Assembly: GCA_040225955.1 (NCBI GenBank)
Contig: JBECUL010000011.1
Coordinates: 1-53,393 of the forward strand
Direction of reading: 5' to 3'
Length of the DNA stretch: 53,393 bases
Origin: Candidatus Asgardarchaeum abyssi
Lineage (GTDB): Archaea; Asgardarchaeota; Asgardarchaeia; Asgardarchaeales; Asgardarchaeaceae
Below the pieces are notes generated by a model. The model saw nothing but the letters and a program-made list of their open reading frames with translations. It was not told where the DNA came from and searched no databases. The translations under genes and the position numbers were made by a program. Positions 20,719 through 29,616 of the stretch are shown here, piece after piece; position 1 is the stretch's first letter, and each line of letters begins with the position of its first letter.

Positions 20719-21312
20719 TCATAATACGATTGGCCCTCTTCTCCGTTTTTCCTCAAATTCTTCTTTCTCTACAGCCTTAAAAGATGGCCCATAGATTATT
20801 GTCATTATTTCTTCAATCAGTCTTACTACTTTTGCTTTTTCTGAAATATCAATCTTTATAAAAGGCACATGATACCCTGTTTTTTGTGAAATTCTATCTG
20901 CGAACTTTTGAGCTTCAACCATACTAACCTCATGTTTTTCAAAGATATCCTCAGCTAACCCTATCCATCCTATTAAGGCAATTGGGGTTTTTTGTTTTGC
21001 GCTAAAAATTTCGTCAATAAACGCACTTAACCCTTCGAAGGTTTCTCGTCTATTCATATTAAATATCAAAAAAATAACATCGGCTTTCTCATAATATTCT
21101 TTCCTAATATTTTCGCGTTTCCTATCAGATGGTAAAATATAAGCATTAACACGGGTAATAAATGGCATTTTCTCAAATCTAACATTAAACGTAACATATG
21201 AAACATCATTTAAACGTAAAGCAGGTTTAGGGGATATTCCTTTAAAAACCTCACTCTTTCCAGACCTAGCTGTACCAACTACAACAACATTTAAAATATT
21301 TTCTTTAGACAT
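20719..21312 (-). CDS. Degenerate Rab/Ras-fold small GTPase (pseudo-GTPase)
   Basis: VVVVGTARSGKS P-loop, YYEKADVIFLIFNM..RETF, PIALIG, VS..EAQKFA; no DxxG, NKxD or SAK. Confidence 0.7.
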   Translation of the reverse strand: MSKENILNVVVVGTARSGKSEVFKGISPKPALRLNDVSYVTFNVRFEKMPFITRVNAYILPSDRKRENIRKEYYEKADVIFLIFNMNRRETFEGLSAFIDEIFSAKQKTPIALIGWIGLAEDIFEKHEVSMVEAQKFADRISQKTGYHVPFIKIDISEKAKVVRLIEEIMTIIYGPSFKAVEKEEFEEKRRRGPIVL

Positions 21313-21433
21313 GTTTTTTCCCTCAAGTTCTAAGTAATAAATAAGCCATTAGTTATAAATGATACTTCAATTATTAAAAAGATATCTTTTTATGCGTTTA
21401 TTCATCATGAACTTACATCTAGAGGTGTATCTA

Positions 21434-22111
21434 ATGGAAATAAAAGCCATAATTTTTGACTTAGATCAAACGCTCATATACACTCTTAGACGCTTCTATA
21501 AGGTTTTTAATAATACACTTAAGAGATTTGTTAAAAAGGAAGTATCATGGGATATTTTTCTTAAATATTATAACAAAGATGACCTAAACTTGTTAATAGA
21601 GAGCAATGTAAATCCTGTCGAATTTTGGCAATACTTCAGAAAGATATATTCAACTTTTATAGATCCAGAGGATAGACTTGTAGAGGGTGCAACTGAAATC
21701 TTAGAATACTTAAAGAACAAAGGTTACAAAATCTTTGTTACGACTGGTAGAGAGGCGAATCAGTCAGATATTTGGAAAGAACTTGAATACTTTGGTATAT
21801 CAAAATTTGTTGATAATGTCTTTACTTTAAGTCAGCAAGACCCAAGACAGGAAAAAATACTGTTTTCTAAAGAGGGTCTTATTAGTTATATCCTTAAGAA
21901 ATATAACTTAAAACCACAAGAAGTTTTATTTGTTGCAGATTATTGGGTTGATATGGTATCTGGAAAGAAGACTAATGTTATAACGGTTGGTATTATTACA
22001 AGTCATGAAGATGCGGAAAAATTGAAAAAGCATGGAGCAGTGTTTGTAATAAGAAAATTAGGAGAAATCAAAGATATAATTTCTAAGTTAGAAAATAGCA
22101 ATAAGTCATAA
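21434..22111 (+). CDS. HAD-superfamily hydrolase (phosphoglycolate phosphatase-like)
   Basis: IIFDLDQTL, VTTGR, FVADYWVDM; start set at the ATG after the GAGGTG SD. Confidence 0.88.
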   Translation: MEIKAIIFDLDQTLIYTLRRFYKVFNNTLKRFVKKEVSWDIFLKYYNKDDLNLLIESNVNPVEFWQYFRKIYSTFIDPEDRLVEGATEILEYLKNKGYKIFVTTGREANQSDIWKELEYFGISKFVDNVFTLSQQDPRQEKILFSKEGLISYILKKYNLKPQEVLFVADYWVDMVSGKKTNVITVGIITSHEDAEKLKKHGAVFVIRKLGEIKDIISKLENSNKS

Positions 22112-22126
22112 GAGAAAATAATAGAG

Positions 22127-22375
22127 ATGATAAATATGTCGTCAGAGGAGTATCATATTGTTAGAGTAGGGAAGGGAGGCCTAACAGATAATGTAGTCAA
22201 AGAGATAATGCGGCAACTTAAAGAAAAGAAAATAATCAAAGTCAAGTTTATGAAAAGTATAGTTTCCAATAAAAAACAGTTTAATGAAATTGTAGACAAC
22301 TTATTAAAAAAATTACCTAATGCTGTAATAAAGAAAAAAGTGGGACATACTGTTGTTATAGCATTAAAAGGATAA
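22127..22375 (+). CDS. YhbY/CRM-domain RNA-binding protein
   Basis: VRVGKGGLTDNVVKEI..LKEKKIIKVKF..VGHTVVI. Confidence 0.88.
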   Translation: MINMSSEEYHIVRVGKGGLTDNVVKEIMRQLKEKKIIKVKFMKSIVSNKKQFNEIVDNLLKKLPNAVIKKKVGHTVVIALKG

Positions 22376-22377
22376 TG

Positions 22378-24669
22378 TTAATCGGTCCTAACCAGTTCGG
22401 CCTTACGCTTCTCTTCTAGAAACTTACTAAGAAAAACTCTTTTTCTAACAATTTCGGCAACTTTCTGCTCATTCCCATGCTCGTTTTCACAGATATATAT
22501 AACCTCATCAAATACTTTGAATCCTTTTTTTATTATTTCCTCAGGGATTACTTCTAATTTTTGAATTGCTTCTAGCAACGAATTGATGAGAATGTTAAGA
22601 ATTCTAACCTTTGAAAAGGAGGATACACCTGGATACTCAAGTAACACTTTTGCTTTTTCAAATGATAAATGTAAATTATCCAGCGCAACTTTCGATTCGT
22701 ACGTTGTACTTATGATTTTTCTGTGATAATTGAGAATTGATATATATAGATCGGGATGCACCCATCCACCCATGAGATACATATGAATGATTGGCTCTTG
22801 TAGAGTTACTATAGTTTGTAAGTTCTTGATTCTATCAACGGTTCTTTTAATAAGAAATGTATTATATCCTAAAATGTGTGTTATGGACGACATTATTAAA
22901 AGATAGCTTGAAAAATCATGCGTTTTTATGTCATCTATTTTTTCTGGAGATAAAACTCTAAGATAGTCAAGGAGAATCATTATATATGGATTTACTTCAT
23001 TAATTACTGCATAGTATTTAGAAAGATAATCAAAGATCTCCAGACCATCAAGAATCATTATACTTTCAGAGATATGCTGTGTGGCGTTTAAAGTGAAGAG
23101 TTCTTCCAAGAATAAGTTAATTATGTCTTTTATACTTTTCATAAATTCTATATAATCATCTTCTGGGAGATATACTATTGAAGTCCAAGCAACAGTTAGA
23201 ATCGCTGAAGCAAGTTCAAAATATATAGATACCGAGAAGGATTTGATGAAACGAACAATTAGTTCTTTCTCAAATGGTAACGTTTCTCTGAAGAGTTTAG
23301 CATTATTCTCTATCTCATCAAGAGTAAAGCCGGGTGAATTAATTGAAGCTATAAAGGCATATAAATATTTGAGATACTTAAGCACATGTATAAAGAGTTT
23401 TGTACTTAAATCAATTTGCTTATCCATAGGTAAAGTTTTCATTTTTTCTGTATTTAACGATAAAAGCATTTGCTTTTTCGCCTTCAATTTATTATAGTTG
23501 TCTATATATTCATCTTTATATTTGGATAAAACTTGCTTTATCCTGGATGGTATAGGCTTAAAATATATATTCTTTCTGCACTCACCAATATCCCTTAAGA
23601 AGATACACCATTCTCTTAGCAGTTCTGATTTACCCTTAAAGTATTCAGCAAGATGCATTGATAAGTTAGGTAGATCGTATCTCAGTGGAACCGCAACTAT
23701 AGCATAAAGATCACGAATTAATGGATCATCTATCTCATCAAAACGGACAATTAACTCGTGTTCTATTGCTTTTAAGGAATAATTAGACACGAGATATCTT
23801 GCTGGTTCATCGGATAACAAACTTAAGTATTGATTAAGTATATTCTTCATGTATACTAGTATTTCTTTCTTTGTTTCTACGGAGTTTAGAGTTTCACGAA
23901 TAGCAGATATTGATGGAACATTCTCTGTGGATGGGAATAATCTATTTAATATACTCATTTTCACAAAAAGCAACTTAGCGATATGCCCGTAGATACCCAA
24001 GTCAAAATACTGCAATAATGCAGGGAGTACACCAGATATGTCCCCCTTATATATTTCTCTAATTAGTTTTTTTAGCTCCCCACGCGAGTCTCTAGGACGC
24101 TCCTTCTTTATAGCATCACGTACTAATTTATCAAATTCGGATATTTTTCTAATTATTTTCTCTTTCTCCAATTCAACTTTATAATTAATTTCAGCAATTT
24201 CATCCATCAGCTTAGTATCCAATAACTCAAAATATAAATCTTCGAGAATTTCCTTAATTTCACCAAACTTTGGCATAAGGATTCTCACAGATTGACTTTT
24301 AATCATCTCAGAAAGTTCATTTAGCTCACTACTCGGTAGATAACTTCCATCAACAAGTTTTGGGTGAAACTTGAAAAACTCCTCTAGTTGAGGGACTATA
24401 TTGTTGATAAATAATTTTGTAGTTATATCACCTTGATCAGAAACTACACCTAACATCACACGGCTATCGGGTAACTTAGTAAATGTTAACTCAAGATTTC
24501 GGAATTCAATTTTATGAAAATTACTACCAAATACCTCCTCAGAGACCGAAATTAAAGCAGAAAGCATACCAGCTATTAAAGTTTTATCTAGTGCTATCTT
24601 TATCTTTTGCAAATCTTCCCATAATATTAATGTCCCACGTTCTTGAACCAATAGTACACTATAAATCAA
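22378..24669 (-). CDS. Large helical protein with N-terminal longin/roadblock-like domain
   Basis: MIYSVLLVQERGTLIL..LIAGMLSALISVSEEVFG..HKIEF..LTF..MLGVVSD profilin-like/longin pattern, followed by ~630 aa of mostly helical sequence. Confidence 0.6.
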   Translation of the reverse strand: MIYSVLLVQERGTLILWEDLQKIKIALDKTLIAGMLSALISVSEEVFGSNFHKIEFRNLELTFTKLPDSRVMLGVVSDQGDITTKLFINNIVPQLEEFFKFHPKLVDGSYLPSSELNELSEMIKSQSVRILMPKFGEIKEILEDLYFELLDTKLMDEIAEINYKVELEKEKIIRKISEFDKLVRDAIKKERPRDSRGELKKLIREIYKGDISGVLPALLQYFDLGIYGHIAKLLFVKMSILNRLFPSTENVPSISAIRETLNSVETKKEILVYMKNILNQYLSLLSDEPARYLVSNYSLKAIEHELIVRFDEIDDPLIRDLYAIVAVPLRYDLPNLSMHLAEYFKGKSELLREWCIFLRDIGECRKNIYFKPIPSRIKQVLSKYKDEYIDNYNKLKAKKQMLLSLNTEKMKTLPMDKQIDLSTKLFIHVLKYLKYLYAFIASINSPGFTLDEIENNAKLFRETLPFEKELIVRFIKSFSVSIYFELASAILTVAWTSIVYLPEDDYIEFMKSIKDIINLFLEELFTLNATQHISESIMILDGLEIFDYLSKYYAVINEVNPYIMILLDYLRVLSPEKIDDIKTHDFSSYLLIMSSITHILGYNTFLIKRTVDRIKNLQTIVTLQEPIIHMYLMGGWVHPDLYISILNYHRKIISTTYESKVALDNLHLSFEKAKVLLEYPGVSSFSKVRILNILINSLLEAIQKLEVIPEEIIKKGFKVFDEVIYICENEHGNEQKVAEIVRKRVFLSKFLEEKRKAELVRTD

Positions 24670-24892
24670 ATTGTTACCCCCACAAGATAAACAAGATACA
24701 GTTCGACTTATAATATTTTAATTATTATTAATATATTGTTAATTACAAGGTAGATATTTTTCTTTCTAGCAAATATAATTTATTGCTATAAATAAAACTT
24801 TTCTTAATAAAAAATAGAAAGAATTATATCTAACTAAATCACCTCTTGGAGCAATTCCAAACCCTTTTATACTTAAATTTCATTATATTTCA

Positions 24893-25486
24893 ATGGTGGA
24901 AATAATGGAATTCTTCGACTGGGATAAGGTAGTTCTGGAAATAAAGAGAGCTATTTTTAACTTGGAAAAAGCTTCAAAAAGTATGAAAAGAGCTACTCCA
25001 TATCCATACACTGATAAAAAAGTAGGTGATAAATTAAATACCGCATATAGCTCCTTACATGAGGCGGTGAGTAAAATACAGACCTTGGTTCAGATATCAC
25101 CCACTCCAATTGCAAACTCCATTTTACAAAGATTGTTAGCTGATTTCAATATAATGGATGTTAAAAAATACACTGGAATTACCCGAGAAGAGATTGTTCA
25201 AATTATAAGAGATCTTGAGGGTCTATTAAAAGAGATCCCTAAAGGAAAAGTCCCTATTACACCAGCTCCTAGTCCACAAGCTCCAACTGGACCTATGTCA
25301 GTTTTACCACCAACACCACCTCAGCCATCAATACCAGCTAGGCCAACACCTCAAATAACAACCCCAGCACCAATGCGTAGAGCCCCTCCTGGAAAAAAGT
25401 ACTGTATAAAATGTGGAGCTCCTATCCCAGAAACAGCAAGATTCTGTCCCTACTGTGGCGCTCCTCAGCCAGTTAGGCTTGGATGA
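24893..25486 (+). CDS. Zinc-ribbon domain protein with proline-rich linker
   Basis: C-terminal YCIKCGAPIPETARFCPYCG; Pro/Thr-rich segment; helical N-terminus. Confidence 0.75.
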   Translation: MVEIMEFFDWDKVVLEIKRAIFNLEKASKSMKRATPYPYTDKKVGDKLNTAYSSLHEAVSKIQTLVQISPTPIANSILQRLLADFNIMDVKKYTGITREEIVQIIRDLEGLLKEIPKGKVPITPAPSPQAPTGPMSVLPPTPPQPSIPARPTPQITTPAPMRRAPPGKKYCIKCGAPIPETARFCPYCGAPQPVRLG

Positions 25487-25547
25487 TCCAAAATTCGCTA
25501 ATTATTTATTTTTATATTTTCTTAGGAAGAAAAAAAGAAAAAATGAA

Positions 25548-26618
25548 TTACCATTTAGGTTCTAAAACTACCTTAGCAGCTTTTTTCTCAATTATAACTT
25601 GCATACCCTTATCAAATTCTTTCATTGGGAATTTATGAGTTATAATGTGTTTCAGTTTTTCTCGAAACTCTTTTATTTTAAGTAAACCTTTAACTTGATA
25701 CCATGTTTCATACATTCTTCTTCCTACGATGCCATAAATTTTTATTCCTTTGAACACTATCCAATTATTTATATCAATTTCAACATTATGAGACTGCAGT
25801 CCAAGTATAGACAGTCTTCCTCCAGGAGTCAATACTTGGAACGCTTCTTTTAAAGCTGATGTAGCTCCAGACATTTCAAATGCAATATCAACTCCTTGAC
25901 CATTAGTAATATCTAAAATTTCTTTTACCACATTTGGAGTTTCATCCACATCGAAGACGTAATCAGCGCCCATTTTCTTTGCAAGTTCTATTCTAGTCTT
26001 ATTACCTTTTTCCGTAGCTATTACCATAGCAGCTCCCAATGTCTTAACAACAGCAATAGACATTAGACCTATTGGACCGCAACCAAATACCCCAACAGTC
26101 TTTCCAGCAATATCTTCGATATTATCTGCCGGAAGAACCGTATGCACTGCGTTCCCGAGTGGTTCTTGAATTGATGCTAGTTCTGGTTCTAAATCTTTAT
26201 CATTTATCCATGCATTTTCTGCTGGTATTGCAACATACTCCGCAAAAGCACCATCAATATCGACTCCTATAATTTTTGTATTAAGACAAACATGCTTTCT
26301 GCCAGTTCTACACTGATAACAGACATTATCAACTATATGTGTCTCAGCTGAAATAAAATCACCTTCTACAACATTAGTTACATTTTTGCCAACCTCTACA
26401 ACCTCACCTGCAAATTCATGTCCAAAGATCAGAGGTATTTTCTTAATTCTGGATGCTGCCCATTCGTTCCATTCATATATGTGAACATCGCTACCACATA
26501 TAGACGCCACCTTAACTTTAACAAGAATTTCATTATCCTTAATTTTTGGAATGTCCGTCTCTATTATCTCTGCTCCAGGACCTCTTTTTGTTTTTGCAAT
26601 CGCATACATAAAAGTCAC
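25548..26618 (-). CDS. tdh: L-threonine 3-dehydrogenase (zinc-dependent MDR family)
   Basis: SICGSDVHIYEWNEWA, GHEFAG, SAETHIV, QEPLGNAVHT, GCGPIG, GRRMYETW. Confidence 0.9.
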   Translation of the reverse strand: MTFMYAIAKTKRGPGAEIIETDIPKIKDNEILVKVKVASICGSDVHIYEWNEWAASRIKKIPLIFGHEFAGEVVEVGKNVTNVVEGDFISAETHIVDNVCYQCRTGRKHVCLNTKIIGVDIDGAFAEYVAIPAENAWINDKDLEPELASIQEPLGNAVHTVLPADNIEDIAGKTVGVFGCGPIGLMSIAVVKTLGAAMVIATEKGNKTRIELAKKMGADYVFDVDETPNVVKEILDITNGQGVDIAFEMSGATSALKEAFQVLTPGGRLSILGLQSHNVEIDINNWIVFKGIKIYGIVGRRMYETWYQVKGLLKIKEFREKLKHIITHKFPMKEFDKGMQVIIEKKAAKVVLEPKW

Positions 26619-26744
26619 CTTCGGATATCTATCTAAGAAAAATGAATTAAAACAAGCTTAAATACTTGTGTAAAAATCTAATAATAAAAAATTAGAGAAC
26701 CCTTAAAAAATTGTATTTTATAGCGATTTTCAGTGATATGTAAA

Positions 26745-27419
26745 TTATTTTGTGAAGGTAACTTGTTTTTCTATTTTGTCAAGAAGATAAATTACGTAAT
26801 TCTCAAAGTCTTTAAGTAATTTATCAACAACTAAATTTTCTGGTGGGTCCTTCTTGATCAACATATATATTCTTCTAAGGAATTTTATGTTCTCAAATAC
26901 TCTTTTCTTATCTTCAGGTATATTACTTTCGTCAACGCTTATTCTTAATTCCTCTGGGTACTTTATAGCAAAATATTCCGACTTAATCTCTTGTCCTCCG
27001 AAACTAAATTCAATACCATAAATACTTACTTCTTCAAACTGATGGATAAACGGTAATATCCTAGCGATTGTCATGACAGAAGGAGCTTGACAACCAGCAA
27101 TCACTTTGTTATCTTCAACATTTATAACTAAGTATAAATCAAATGTTTGCTCAGACTCGTACTCATTATAAAAGATCTGAAGAGATTGCCTACCCTCTAA
27201 GGTCAGCTCAATGCGACCTTTTACTTTCTTCTTTACCATTTTAACTAAATCAACATACCATCTTTGAATTTTATCCCCTGGGACTTGTTCTAAAGTATAA
27301 TCACCAAGTATTAAGTCAAGCACATCTTGTATCTTAAGCTTTGAGTATTTATCTTCTTTTTTCTCTTCCTTTTTTCTTCTGAAGAAGGGCAAGATAATCC
27401 CCCTTAATACATTTACCAA
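26745..27419 (-). CDS. Hypothetical protein
   Basis: 224-aa ORF filling the gap between tdh and AMP phosphorylase; no motif recognised. Confidence 0.6.
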   Translation of the reverse strand: MVNVLRGIILPFFRRKKEEKKEDKYSKLKIQDVLDLILGDYTLEQVPGDKIQRWYVDLVKMVKKKVKGRIELTLEGRQSLQIFYNEYESEQTFDLYLVINVEDNKVIAGCQAPSVMTIARILPFIHQFEEVSIYGIEFSFGGQEIKSEYFAIKYPEELRISVDESNIPEDKKRVFENIKFLRRIYMLIKKDPPENLVVDKLLKDFENYVIYLLDKIEKQVTFTK

Positions 27420-27587
27420 TTTATATCTTGTTAAAGTAACAACAACTATATAAAACTACATCCTAAGAATACTAATTTATTCGTATAGATAGAAAAGTGC
27501 ATTATTAGCTTGAAAAATATCTTATATAACTAATAAATAAAATAAGTAATACTGCTTCTTTTAAGATTCTTTATTGAAGAAATAAAC

Positions 27588-29114
27588 TCACTCAAGTGCG
27601 GAAATTCTTTGAAGAAGCATTCCCTCGATAGTGATAGGTTTTAACTGCATAGCCAATGTATGAGCATATGATAGCTTTGTTTCACTTTCCGCGTATATGG
27701 TTATTATTGGATCACCTTTCTTAACTTTATATCCTACTTTTCCATGAAGCTTTACTCCAGCCCCTTTATCAATTGGTGCGCCAGCAACACGAGCAATTTT
27801 CTTTATAGCTGTGTTATCAACACGGGCCACATATCCGTCTGCGGGACTATATAATGTAACCGATTTATCCCCAATAGGTATATCTTCTGGCTTAATATTT
27901 GGGTCTCCACCTTGAGCTTCAATAATCTCTCTCATCTTCTTCAGTGCTTTTCCACTAAAAAGAATCTCTTTAGCTATTTCTTCTCCACGCCCTCTATGGG
28001 CCAAACCACCCATTTCTAAGAGGATCCCTGATAAAGATGTTGCTTTTTCAATTAATGATGTCGGGCCATTTCCCATTAGAGCTTCTAAAGCTTCTTTTGC
28101 TTCTAAAGCAGGACCTACTGTGTGACCCACTGGTTGACCTCCATAGGTTATTCCACATTCTACTGTAATACCTAATCGTTCTCCTAAGGCTACAAAATCT
28201 CTTGCAAATAGTCTTGCCTCTTCCATCGTCTTAACCTTAGCACCTGCGCCTACAGGAATGTCTAAAACAAGAAAATTCACACCAACGGCTAGTTTTTTAG
28301 ACATTATTGACGCCATAACCTGACTTCTTGGATCTAATGAAAGAGGATACTCTACCCTTATGATCATATCATCAGCAGGAGCTATATTTAAAGCTCCACC
28401 CCATACTATTGCACCCCGTACCTTTTTTGCTATTTTTTTAAGTTCGGCTGCTTCAAATTCAACTGGAGCTAAGACCTCCATTGTATCTGCAGTGCCTGAG
28501 GGGCTTGTAATAGCTCTGCTACTAGTTTTAGGAATTAACAAACCAGCTGCTGCAACTATTGGAACTATAAGGAGAGATACTTTATTCCCGGGTACTCCAC
28601 CAATACTATGCTTATCAAAAACCATTTCATCGAATTCTATCTTCTCGCCAGTATCAGCCATAGCACGAGATAAATATTCAATCTCATCTAAGCTCATACC
28701 TAAATATTTTTGAGCAATAGCAAAAGCAGCTATTTCCAATTGACTGAGATTACCCTCTACAATATCTTTTATTATTGCATAGATCTCCTCTTTTGTTAGT
28801 GCTTTACCCTCCATTTTCTTCTTAATATAATCTGCTGAAATTGGAGGGGATGCTATATCAACAAGAACCACATCATCATCTTTTAAATCTAAGTCCTCTG
28901 CAACATTTTTAAATATACCGATTTTACCTGGAGGGATAAAAGTCTCAGTTATTTCAACTAAACATGTTGCACCTTCTTCTCCCTTAATGATCTTAATACG
29001 ATCATGCAGATGAACCCCTAATGATTGGGAGTCCTTTTTGTTCAATACTGCAACTCTGTTATTGCTACTGATATCAAGAACCTTAACTTGCATTTTCTTA
29101 GACGTGACATTCAC
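27588..29114 (-). CDS. AMP phosphorylase (archaeal thymidine phosphorylase family)
   Basis: DKHSIGGVPGNK, KTSSRAITSPSGTADTMEVL, IAPADD, GPALEA, N-terminal extension. Confidence 0.93.
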   Translation of the reverse strand: MNVTSKKMQVKVLDISSNNRVAVLNKKDSQSLGVHLHDRIKIIKGEEGATCLVEITETFIPPGKIGIFKNVAEDLDLKDDDVVLVDIASPPISADYIKKKMEGKALTKEEIYAIIKDIVEGNLSQLEIAAFAIAQKYLGMSLDEIEYLSRAMADTGEKIEFDEMVFDKHSIGGVPGNKVSLLIVPIVAAAGLLIPKTSSRAITSPSGTADTMEVLAPVEFEAAELKKIAKKVRGAIVWGGALNIAPADDMIIRVEYPLSLDPRSQVMASIMSKKLAVGVNFLVLDIPVGAGAKVKTMEEARLFARDFVALGERLGITVECGITYGGQPVGHTVGPALEAKEALEALMGNGPTSLIEKATSLSGILLEMGGLAHRGRGEEIAKEILFSGKALKKMREIIEAQGGDPNIKPEDIPIGDKSVTLYSPADGYVARVDNTAIKKIARVAGAPIDKGAGVKLHGKVGYKVKKGDPIITIYAESETKLSYAHTLAMQLKPITIEGMLLQRISALE

Positions 29115-29228
29115 CCCGATCTAATTTATTACAAAAACTTATATGTAAAGGTAATATTTACAGATAACAACTGATGTAATAAAATTTACGCTTATATTGT
29201 CATATATCATCTAATTATCGAGTCAGAA

Positions 29229-29588
29229 ATGGTGATAATAGTGATAAAAAATGACAACAATACGAGAATTATCGAATTGAAAGACATTGTTTTAAAATTT
29301 ATTAAAGAAAGGAACTGGGAGAGATATCATAGGCCTAAGGATATTGCAGTATCAATTGCTATTGAAGTAGGCGAGTTGCTTGAACTTTTTCAGTGGAAGA
29401 CCAATGATGAAATAGACGAGCTTTTGAAGGATCAGAAGTTTAAAGATAGTCTAAAAGATGAAATGGCAGATATAATGATATATTTACTTAGCCTCGCAAT
29501 AAACACAAATGTAGACATCGCCGAGGCTGTTTTTGATAAGATGAAAAGGAATGAAGAAAGATTTCCGATTGAGCAATTTAAGGAATAA
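29229..29588 (+). CDS. MazG-like nucleotide pyrophosphohydrolase
   Basis: ERNWERYHRPKD, EVGELLELFQW, DEMADIMIY. Confidence 0.9.
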   Translation: MVIIVIKNDNNTRIIELKDIVLKFIKERNWERYHRPKDIAVSIAIEVGELLELFQWKTNDEIDELLKDQKFKDSLKDEMADIMIYLLSLAINTNVDIAEAVFDKMKRNEERFPIEQFKE

Positions 29589-29616
29589 TAAGTATAATAT
29601 TAATGGTGAGAGCATC

